A DNA stretch of 19,903 nucleotides from Simkaniaceae bacterium (GTDB lineage: Bacteria; Chlamydiota; Chlamydiia; Chlamydiales; Simkaniaceae): positions 1-19,903 of the forward strand of contig JBFWSA010000037.1 in assembly GCA_050248615.1 (NCBI GenBank), read 5' to 3'. The notes beneath the pieces were generated by a model. That model ran no database searches and was not told where the DNA came from. It saw nothing but the letters and a program-made list of their open reading frames with translations. Of the stretch, positions 1-6,980 are shown in pieces (the stretch's first letter is position 1; every line of letters starts with the position of its first letter). The translations under genes and the position numbers were made by a program.

Positions 1-36
1 TTTTTGTTCTGCTTGGGGATCTTCTGAAATATACAT
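1..36 (-). CDS. 5' end of a probable gene running off the left edge (MYISEDPQAEQK...)
   Basis: ATG at 36 is preceded by purine-rich GAGAGGGAAAAAAC, similar to the RBS context of the 1701 start. Twelve codons are open to the window edge, too few to identify. Confidence 0.4.
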   Translation of the reverse strand, partial: MYISEDPQAEQK

Positions 37-663
37 GTTTTTTCCCTCTCTTTTTTTTTCTTAGAAAAGCTTGTAGTAAGGGCCCCTCTCCTCTTTTTTT
101 GGTATCTTGAAGTTGTAATACCTTCTTTGCCCTAACCGAATCTACCCTTACTACAAAGCTAAAGTTGTACCTTTTCCCTAATTTTGGTGTCGTCTGGAGA
201 CAAAAAGTCTCTGTTCTAACCCAAACCGTTGCTGCCCTCTATTGAGATCACCAAAAATTTTGGCTAGAAATACCCTATCCAGTGGCGCATCGCTACTGAG
301 CAGGAGGAGTCTAAAACTGTTTAATGTGGAGATTTGAAATCTGTCGGATAGACAAGATAGATAAGATCCGATATTGATTCCAAATACAACCTATTAAAAT
401 ATTAACAAATTAGTCGTTGTATTCTATCGCAGTTAATATTCTGTCTAGGACTGTATTATAAAACCAATATTAACAAAGCGACGTTCTAAATAAAAAATCT
501 GTCTAAAGTAACATACGGGAAATAAGCATCAAGGTGGGCTTTTATGAAAATGGAAACACCAATCTTATTAGCTTATTTAACGTATTATTCGTGTTACTGT
601 AGAGCTTGGACTTATTATATTAGAAACGGAAGCTCTAATAGACCTCTCTTGGTCTATGTCTCA

Positions 664-695
664 ATTATAACCATTTCTACATATTTTTTAAACAA
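664..695 (-). promoter_or_regulatory. Putative sigma66/sigma70-type promoter
   Basis: Minus-strand TATAAT at 669-664 with TTGTTTAAA at 695-687. The same layout occurs at 4739-4769. The context is AT-rich, so chance matches are possible. Confidence 0.35.
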
Positions 696-761
696 AAAAT
701 TAACATTTCTTAAGTGTTTGTAATTTAGTGATTTGTTGTAATTTATTGATAATGAATCATT

Positions 762-823
762 AAAAAAGAAAGACCGCTATACCTTTTCCTGGGATGAGGG
801 AGGGAAAGGAAGGGATAGCGGTC
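762..823 (-). terminator. Rho-independent terminator of the four-gene operon
   Basis: Perfect 9-bp stem GACCGCTAT/ATAGCGGTC (772-780/815-823) with a C/U-rich interior on the minus strand, followed by TTTCTTTTTT. It starts 14 nt after the 838 stop. Confidence 0.7.
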
Positions 824-837
824 CAGTAGAAAATAGC

Positions 838-1701
838 TTATCGGCCTACATTTCCTTCTGATATTCCGATAAGGGCCTTAATCGTATCTTCTGCCTGCTG
901 GAATAGCTGGCCAGAAATGGTATAGAGCTGCCCAGTGAGTGTACGGGCCATCTCTTGTGTAATCTGGGCGATTTGAGCGCTTTTACGCTCCTCGGCAGAT
1001 TCTGCTTGTTCCGCGGAAGTCCCTATCTCTAAGCCACCTTGGGTCAAGCGCCCAGCACCCATTGCAGCATCCATAGCAGGACGCAATTTCTGCTCAAAAT
1101 AGTCAGATTTCTGCTTTGCTACACTCTTACTGAGCTCATCTCGATAGTTTTGGGCTGCAGATTGCAGTTCTTGCCGCTTATTACCACTGGTCTTAATGTA
1201 GCTCTGGTCTTCTTCAGATAAGGGTTTTCCAAATTCTTCAGGGTTATTGATCAGTTCTTGAATGCGCTCTTTCTTAAGCTCTGTCCCCTCTGCCGACATA
1301 TCTGATAGCTCTACTTCCATCGTGTCGGATTCTTTGATGGTCTTCAGAGCATTATTGGCATTATTCAGCTCTGTCTCTCCTTCAGCATTAAACGAAGACA
1401 TTTGGGACATAGAAACCGCACTCATGGTTGTTTGGAGTCCTCCGGAAACGATTTCTCCAAGGGCTCTTAACCCTGTTCCAATGGCTTCATGGATCCCCGC
1501 TTTCAATTGATCCTTTGCAGCATTCACCCCTGCTTTTGCCATGATCATGGACTGAACCGTCTCTTCTTCAAGGCGCTTTCCGCAAGACTCGATTAAAATA
1601 TAGCCTAAGCTGAGTAATGCAGCTTCGGTATTAGGAGCCATGATAGGGTAAAAATTTGTGGAAGCACTCCCTGCTTGAGGATTGATTACGTTATTTGACA
1701 T
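838..1701 (-). CDS. T3SS minor translocator-like protein (SctB / CopD / EspB-like)
   Basis: 287 aa, helical and A/S/Q/E-rich. It has one Gly/Ala-rich apolar segment (AIGTGLRALGEIVSGGLQTTMSAVSM) and a C-terminal amphipathic coiled-coil-like region. It lies directly downstream of the SctE-like gene, with RBS AAGGAG. Confidence 0.65.
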   Translation of the reverse strand: MSNNVINPQAGSASTNFYPIMAPNTEAALLSLGYILIESCGKRLEEETVQSMIMAKAGVNAAKDQLKAGIHEAIGTGLRALGEIVSGGLQTTMSAVSMSQMSSFNAEGETELNNANNALKTIKESDTMEVELSDMSAEGTELKKERIQELINNPEEFGKPLSEEDQSYIKTSGNKRQELQSAAQNYRDELSKSVAKQKSDYFEQKLRPAMDAAMGAGRLTQGGLEIGTSAEQAESAEERKSAQIAQITQEMARTLTGQLYTISGQLFQQAEDTIKALIGISEGNVGR

Positions 1702-1719
1702 GTTTTTCTCCTTACTTGC

Positions 1720-2976
1720 TTAAGCGTTAGCAACAGCTGTTTCTGCAAAGGCATCTAAAACACCTGTCACATCTGTAGAAGACGTCATATCTCCTAAAGT
1801 GATGATCCCATTATCTAGGTACTTTTGGATGTTTTTCATGGCATCCATGATTTGATTGTTGAGATTGATGGAGAGCTCTGCAGCTTCTGTAGAAAGAGCC
1901 ATTTGATACTGCGTATTCGCAAGGGCTGCATCTGCTCCCCCTTCTGCCATCTTGGAAGCTCCTCCAACAAACTCTGTAGTGAGGAGCATGCCACGCCCCA
2001 ATTGCTTAATGGTTTCTGCATTTTCCGAGAAAAAGTTCACCATATTGGGTGCCAAATTGCTCATCCCTTCAGCAAGCATACTTCCCATCTTACTCATCCC
2101 CCGGCTCAGCGTTGTTGTCATATCACTTGCCTTGTAAAGAGAAACGCCCCCTGCGATTCCAGTAATAGCAGCTAGAACATCGGTCACTAAGGTTAAAATC
2201 GCTGCAATCTCATCATTTTTCTTTCCATTGGGATCAAAAAGATTGAGCATATTGATGAAGAAATTTTCACTAACTGCAGTTGTGGCAGAGGCACCTGTAA
2301 TCGCGCCAAAACCAAAGGTTTTCTTATTGAAAGATCCCTCTGTAGTGGACGTGCTCCCTTTAGCTCCTTCGGTAACCTCTTCTGCCCCCTTAGTGAGCTC
2401 TTCTGCTCCTTCGGTAAGCTCTTCCACTCCTTCAGCAACTTCTGCACCTGAACCCATCATCACCCCTACAGTGATGGCAGCTGCTACAACAAGGACATCT
2501 CCAATGGCATCCCCAATCTTATCTGCATCCTCTTTAGGAACACCAAAACCTTGAAGGACCCCACTCACAACATCCCCCACTCCTTTAGCCAGTTCTTGGA
2601 AGCCGTTGAGTTTATCCATCACAAGAAGTCCCCCAGCAAGAGCTGCAAACTCGAAATTCCCCGTTGCAATTCCCACACCGATCACAAGCACTGCGACCAC
2701 ATCACAGATTCCCTTGAAAAGTTTTTGCCAAAAGCTCTCATGTGAAGCTTTATAAAGATCGTGATCGTTCTGCAAAAGATTGCTTACCATATTTTTTAAA
2801 TTAAGATCGCTGACCTTTGCATTTACATCTTGTTGATAGGATTGATTTTCTAAGTAACTTTGCATTGTCTCATTCAGGACAAGCATCATTGCAGTCACAT
2901 CTTTTTGAAAAGAACTGATTGATGGACTCTGTCCTGGAAGAAAAAGTTCTGAATTGTTTTGAACGGAACTTGACAT
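1720..2976 (-). CDS. T3SS major translocator-like protein (SctE / CopB / EspD / SseC-like)
   Basis: 418 aa. An N-terminal coiled-coil-like region is followed by 'SFWQKLFKGI' and a hydrophobic hairpin (VVAVLVIGVGIATGNFEFAALAGGLLVM). A further apolar segment (IGDVLVVAAAITVGVMMG) and a helical tail follow, matching the SctE layout. RBS AAGAGG. Confidence 0.72.
   Translation of the reverse strand: MSSSVQNNSELFLPGQSPSISSFQKDVTAMMLVLNETMQSYLENQSYQQDVNAKVSDLNLKNMVSNLLQNDHDLYKASHESFWQKLFKGICDVVAVLVIGVGIATGNFEFAALAGGLLVMDKLNGFQELAKGVGDVVSGVLQGFGVPKEDADKIGDAIGDVLVVAAAITVGVMMGSGAEVAEGVEELTEGAEELTKGAEEVTEGAKGSTSTTEGSFNKKTFGFGAITGASATTAVSENFFINMLNLFDPNGKKNDEIAAILTLVTDVLAAITGIAGGVSLYKASDMTTTLSRGMSKMGSMLAEGMSNLAPNMVNFFSENAETIKQLGRGMLLTTEFVGGASKMAEGGADAALANTQYQMALSTEAAELSINLNNQIMDAMKNIQKYLDNGIITLGDMTSSTDVTGVLDAFAETAVANA
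2363..2443. repeat. Intragenic 21-nt tandem repeat (about 3.9 copies) encoding EE(L/V)T(E/K)GA heptads
   Basis: Units are gctccttcggtaacctcttct, gcccccttagtgagctcttct, gctccttcggtaagctcttcc and actccttcagcaacttct. Units 1 and 3 are 19/21 identical. Confidence 0.85.
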
Positions 2977-2995
2977 CTGTAAAACCTCTTATTTT

Positions 2996-3439
2996 TTAAG
3001 CTAATTGTTGTTGCAAGAACGAGATGGCTGTTTGCAATACAGAGAGTGCTGATGTTGAGAACTGCTGATTGCTTGAAGCCGCCTTAGAAGTCTGAGAAAG
3101 AGCTGTCGTCACTCCCTGTGTCATCCCCTGCAGCTCATTTCCTGAGTTATTGAAACCGTTATTTACAGCTTGCTGCGCATTTTCATTTTCCTGCGTATGT
3201 TCTGTGTTTGTATGACTACCCCCTGGGTCTAAAAAGCTACTCCCGTCAAACTCAAAGGTATGATCGGTATCGTAGCCCGTTCCCCAGATGGAACCGGTCG
3301 CTTCTTCTTGCGCTGTATCATTGTGTTGGATCAAGTACCCCCCTTGCACAGCAAGGTTTGCTGAGGCAGATTCAGAATAGAGCTGATATTGCCCCATTAA
3401 TTGTGTGGCCTCCATGACCATATAAAAAACATTTTCCAT
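2996..3439 (-). CDS. Small Q/N/S-rich helical protein, putative T3SS substrate
   Basis: 147 aa with strong RBS AAGGAGG and 12- and 19-nt gaps to its neighbours. N- and C-terminal helices flank a polar loop. The layout is reminiscent of chlamydial DUF720 proteins, which is inference only. Confidence 0.75.
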   Translation of the reverse strand: MENVFYMVMEATQLMGQYQLYSESASANLAVQGGYLIQHNDTAQEEATGSIWGTGYDTDHTFEFDGSSFLDPGGSHTNTEHTQENENAQQAVNNGFNNSGNELQGMTQGVTTALSQTSKAASSNQQFSTSALSVLQTAISFLQQQLA

Positions 3440-3451
3440 GGTTCCTCCTTC

Positions 3452-4315
3452 TTAGCTTCCCGCTGAAGCTAGATGTTGGTTAATGTTAGAAATCATTCCT
3501 AGGATGGCTTTTTCCGTACTCTGGTTAATGCCCATGAGCATGCTCTCTTCATCACTCAGCATTTTAATATTGGCTTGTTGAGAACTATTGAGACCATTGG
3601 ATGCCTGGTCCATCGAAGACATCGCTGTATTAATCCCTTGTAGTTGTGCAGAATTCCCACTTTGGTGCTCACTCGAAAAGGATGCTGTCCAAGCGTTTTC
3701 CCAAGTATTCTCAATAATTTGTCCATTCGTATAAGTAGAATTGTTTTTGATATCACTGAGAGTTAACCCGGTTGCACCGTAAATCTGATCTACAAAGCTT
3801 TGGGCAACAGAACCAAAAGGGCCTCCATAGCTTTCTCCTGACTGCTGCGTAGGATAGCCACTATTCCCAGCATCTTGATACGCAGGAACAATGAGTTCCA
3901 TATAAACCGAGTGCATTTGACTCGCTGCATCTTGACATAAGCTATCTATTTCATTTTGGTCATCACTGGAAAGGTTAAAACTTCCTGTGGTCGCATTGAA
4001 ATTCGCATTCAGAATGCTGCCTACTTCAGCAAAGTCTGACTTCATCGCACTGAGGTTTTGAAGGACACTCGCATCTTGCTTATCCACATAGGCCGCTTCT
4101 CCAATCTGCAATTCCTGGTTAAACTGTAAGAGAGGCATGAGTAAATAGACGATTAGCATAAAGGCCTCCCCTGCAGGAACAGAACCCAGGGTATCTAAAA
4201 CGTGTTGGTAAGACTGCTGAAGGGTTACATCCTTATAGTGCTCATAATTCAAGTACTGAGCATATTGGTTATCTGGGCCTGTAATAGGCTCATAGGGTGG
4301 GGGTTCCCAAGCCAT
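3452..4315 (-). CDS. Putative T3SS tip/filament protein (SctA; EspA/SseB-like C-terminus), 287 aa
   Basis: Start moved from 4369 to ATG 4315, which follows AAGGAG-AAAGCT. It has an apolar N-proximal helix (EAFMLIVYLLMPLLQ), and its C-terminal ~60 aa follow the EspA-type amphipathic pattern. It is the first gene of the operon. The CDS is secure but the function is inferred. Confidence 0.55.
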   Translation of the reverse strand: MAWEPPPYEPITGPDNQYAQYLNYEHYKDVTLQQSYQHVLDTLGSVPAGEAFMLIVYLLMPLLQFNQELQIGEAAYVDKQDASVLQNLSAMKSDFAEVGSILNANFNATTGSFNLSSDDQNEIDSLCQDAASQMHSVYMELIVPAYQDAGNSGYPTQQSGESYGGPFGSVAQSFVDQIYGATGLTLSDIKNNSTYTNGQIIENTWENAWTASFSSEHQSGNSAQLQGINTAMSSMDQASNGLNSSQQANIKMLSDEESMLMGINQSTEKAILGMISNINQHLASAGS

Positions 4316-4738
4316 AGCTTTCTCCTTTTGACTGATTTGAAACACTTTGGTGTCCCCATCCATGATCAAGGAGAGAGTATATAGACAGATATTTCCCTAG
4401 AAAATTCAGGGTTACAATACCGCACATCTCAAAACTCTCCATCATCGATTTGGGCACAAAGGCGCCTCAAATGTTTTCAAGTCTGAGTTGTGGTCTGCTT
4501 TATAAATAAAGGACAGCCACTAACCTCAAAAAATAAAATACAGGCGTATACAAATAGGTATACGTTGCATTCCATCTTTTTTAAGGTCAGCAGTGTGTAA
4601 TGACATAAAATAAACTATTTTACACTTTGAGCCTTACGAGCATAAGGATGCTTCTCGATAGGTACGGTTGAAAACCTGCATTAGGTTGCTTAGATTTGTT
4701 ATTGAATTCTATTATAGCCTAATACACCTACAGTTTTG

Positions 4739-4769
4739 ATTATATCATATAACAAATTAATTTAAACAA
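4739..4769 (-). promoter_or_regulatory. Putative extended -10 promoter for the four-gene operon
   Basis: Minus-strand TGATATAAT (TGn-TATAAT) at 4747-4739, with TTGTTTAAA at 4769-4761 and a very AT-rich upstream tract. Confidence 0.45.
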
Positions 4770-4852
4770 TTTCTTTAAATATATATGTAAGTTATTAATT
4801 ATTAATATAATATAAAGTTAAATTATTTTAACGTATTAACAATAAACAACTT

Positions 4853-4885
4853 AAAAAACACCCAAGAGAAGGGGGTCTTGGGCGT
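4853..4885 (-). terminator. Rho-independent terminator after the CopD-like pseudogene
   Basis: Minus strand reads ACGCCCAAGA-CCCCCTTC-TCTTGGGTGT-TTTTT, a 10-bp stem with one G-U pair followed by a U tract. Confidence 0.7.
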
Positions 4886-4933
4886 ACCCCAGAATTCCTC
4901 GAGGGTCTTTGGGGCAAGTAGGGAAAAGAACGT

Positions 4934-5660
4934 TTATGCTTTACCAGCCTCCGATCGGTTAACGGTTGTCAGTTCTTGGATTTCTTGAAGAGCGGTTTGT
5001 TGGGCCTGCGTACTTTGTTGACGGTTTTGTTCGCCGCCATTTTGGCTCTGACCTAACGCAGCATTTATCTGAGCAAGCTGTGCTTGATTTCTTCCAGAAG
5101 CATAAGAAGCTACGCTACTTCCTGTTTTACTCAGGGATCCAGCTGCATTTCCAATACCCTGCCAGACTATTCCTTGAGATTGCCTTTATCCATTGCTAAT
5201 CTTATCTGATTCATACGAGCCGATTTCTGAGCATCGATAGAGTCTTGAAGCTTCTTTTGAAGTTGTTTGAGTATAGATGTTGGATCTATCATGCTCACTA
5301 CCTCTTTCATTGCATCATCCATTGGTGGCAATGCACTCGGATCACAGCTTAGTAAAGACTGTACTCTAGGGGTAACATTTTTACTCTCTTGGGTGAGGTC
5401 TGCTCCCTAGTGGTCCTTAACAAAAATTCTTGCGCGGTATCCTCTGCTACTGTGTTTATGTTTTCTTGACTTTCAGAAGCACAATTCAGGTTAAGATCAA
5501 GTTCATCCTCTTCCAACCCTTTGGGTGGTGACTCAGAAACTTCACCATTTGATCCCAAGATCTCTTGATTACTCAGATTAACTATAACCCAAGTTGCTAC
5601 CTCAAAAAAGTCATAGAGAATACGGCGATTAACATCATCAACTTCAGGACAAATCCACGA
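4934..5660 (-). pseudogene. Degraded, 5'-truncated paralog of the CopD/SctB-like gene
   Basis: Three overlapping open frames: 5660-5352, 5406-5170 and 5185-4937, with TAA at 4936-4934. Segments match the 838..1701 protein: LQDSIDAQKSARMNQ-IRLAMD vs LSKSVAKQKSDYFEQKLRPAMD, AAGSLSKTGSSVASYA vs GAGRLTQGGLEIGTSA, and TALQEIQELTTVNRSEAGK vs QAEDTIKALIGISEGNVGR. The 5' limit is uncertain. Confidence 0.65.
5254..5275. repeat. Solo 22-nt terminus of the palindromic element
   Basis: cttttgaagttgtttgagtata is identical to 6430-6451. Confidence 0.8.
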
Positions 5661-5762
5661 TCAGTTACAGCGTGAATATACTTGGGTAACCAAGATGAGA
5701 TTTTATGGATTTTTTTTTTGAAAAAATTTAAAATTAAGATGCAAATGTTTGGATATAAAAAA

Positions 5763-6227
5763 CTAAGAAGGAATCCAATTCTTGGGTGTTTTCCGTTTCT
5801 TCTTCGGAGGTCCTTCCTCTTCATCTCTGGTAGAGGGCTTTTTGGATGGCGGAGCTACCTCTTTCTTAGGAACACCTGTCGATTTTTTGATATCCCCTAC
5901 TCCCTCTTCTAGCTTCTTCTTAGCCCCCTCAATAGCACTCCATTGATCTTCTGTAAAGTTCTTAGGATTACTCGAATAAGCAGCTAGCTGTTCAGGAGTC
6001 ATCCCCGTTTTCTCACAGACACGCTTGGTCTCTTCTTCGATCTTCTTTTTGAGGATCATGACCCTTTCGACCGCTTTTTTCTTTTCTTCAGGAGTCCCAT
6101 TGAGCATGATATACTTAAAGCGTTCAAAGTATTCGACGGAATCTTCGAATACTTCTTTCAATCTGGCCTCTTTCTCCTCAGGGCCGAGGTTGAAAAACTC
6201 CATAATACGATCAAACTCATCTTCCAT
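5763..6227 (-). CDS. Conserved chlamydial protein, CT635-like (putative T3S chaperone), 154 aa
   Basis: ATG 6227 follows AGGAG at 6240-6236. The motif TGMTPEQLAAYSSNPKNFTEDQW and the basic tail ending KNWIPS resemble C. trachomatis CT635 as I recall it. Confidence 0.7.
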   Translation of the reverse strand: MEDEFDRIMEFFNLGPEEKEARLKEVFEDSVEYFERFKYIMLNGTPEEKKKAVERVMILKKKIEEETKRVCEKTGMTPEQLAAYSSNPKNFTEDQWSAIEGAKKKLEEGVGDIKKSTGVPKKEVAPPSKKPSTRDEEEGPPKKKRKTPKNWIPS

Positions 6228-6295
6228 AAGTAGTACTCCTAAATGACACGGATCCTTAACCTCATTATAGGATATATAGCACCTCCTGTCTAGAC

Positions 6296-6451
6296 TATAC
6301 TCAAATAACTTCAAAAGTTGGTTTTGGGCTAACGCGAAAGCTTTCGGAATGCGTCGATTTTAAATGACCTAATATTAGAAACATGAGATCATTTAAGCTC
6401 GGCATGCTTTGGCGCAGCCGAAAATCCAACTTTTGAAGTTGTTTGAGTATA
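6296..6451. mobile_element. 156-bp palindromic non-autonomous element (MITE/RPE-like)
   Basis: Terminal inverted repeats TATACTCAAA(T/C)AACTTCAAAAGTTGG match at 25/26, and both ends are TATA. The inner arms also pair (TTAAATGA/TCATTTAA). It encodes no transposase and sits between divergent genes. Confidence 0.8.
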
Positions 6452-6519
6452 AGCTTGCGAAAAAACAGAGAAAGCTTTAAACCAAAGAGTTACTGCTAAC
6501 CTGAACTAGGTTAAAGCTT

Positions 6520-6927
6520 ATGCACCTTGAACGTTTACTAGAATCCCTTGCGAAAGAGCTCAAACTCGAAGCCGTCCCCCAAAAAGATAAAAACGGTTTT
6601 TTCCAGTTAAAAATTCATGCCTTAACCCCCATTTCCCTCAAAGAGCTAGAGCCAGGAGTCTTTCTCACCGCGCAGATCATGGAGCTTCCCAAAGAAGGGA
6701 ATAAAGAAGCCCTCTACATCTATTTAATGAAGGCCAATTTAATGGGACAGGGAACAGGGGGAGCTGCGATTGGAATCGATGCGCACGAAAAATACCTAAC
6801 CTTTTCTCAAACCCTCCCTTTCGAAGTGAACTACAAGGTCTTTCATGACACTTTGGAAGATTTTTTTAACTTTATCGATTATTGGCGCGAAGAGATCCCT
6901 AGATACTTAACGCGAATTATGGATTAG
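6520..6927 (+). CDS. scc4: CesT-family class I T3S chaperone Scc4 (CT663 homolog)
   Basis: 135 aa with the LMKANLMGQGTGGAAIG motif and the C-terminal amphipathic helix LEDFFNFIDYWREEI. It sits upstream of cdsD. Confidence 0.85.
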   Translation: MHLERLLESLAKELKLEAVPQKDKNGFFQLKIHALTPISLKELEPGVFLTAQIMELPKEGNKEALYIYLMKANLMGQGTGGAAIGIDAHEKYLTFSQTLPFEVNYKVFHDTLEDFFNFIDYWREEIPRYLTRIMD

Positions 6928-6980
6928 AGCTCTATAGAAGTATCCATCTTTTTGGAATCTTTCTAGGAAAAACTACTTGA

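Noticed and set aside
544..723. 59-codon + strand ORF (MKMETPILLAY...)
   Set aside because: No RBS, AT-rich, and antisense to the predicted promoter and hairpins. It has no recognisable features.
4316..4369. ORF-track start at 4369 for the 305-aa protein
   Set aside because: ATG 4315 has a well-spaced AAGGAG like the other operon genes, so it is preferred. The upstream start is not strictly excluded.
1039..4384. Short + strand and alternate-frame ORFs overlapping the four-gene operon
   Set aside because: They are shadows of longer RBS-supported genes.
4966..5199. 77-aa + strand ORF
   Set aside because: It is antisense to the CopD-like pseudogene frame, which explains the open frame.
5349..5558. 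69-aa minus-strand ORF as an independent gene
   Set aside because: TTG start with the frame open well upstream. It is better read as a fragment of the degraded region.
5597..5912. 75-aa and 76-aa ORFs around the CT635-like 3' end
   Set aside because: They overlap a real gene and a homopolymer-rich spacer, and lack an RBS.
6228..6314. TTG start at 6314 for the CT635-like gene
   Set aside because: It lies inside the palindromic element, while ATG 6227 has a proper RBS.
5254..6451. Repeated 22-26 nt sequence as a CRISPR repeat
   Set aside because: The copies are inverted or about 1.2 kb apart, with no regular spacers and no cas genes.
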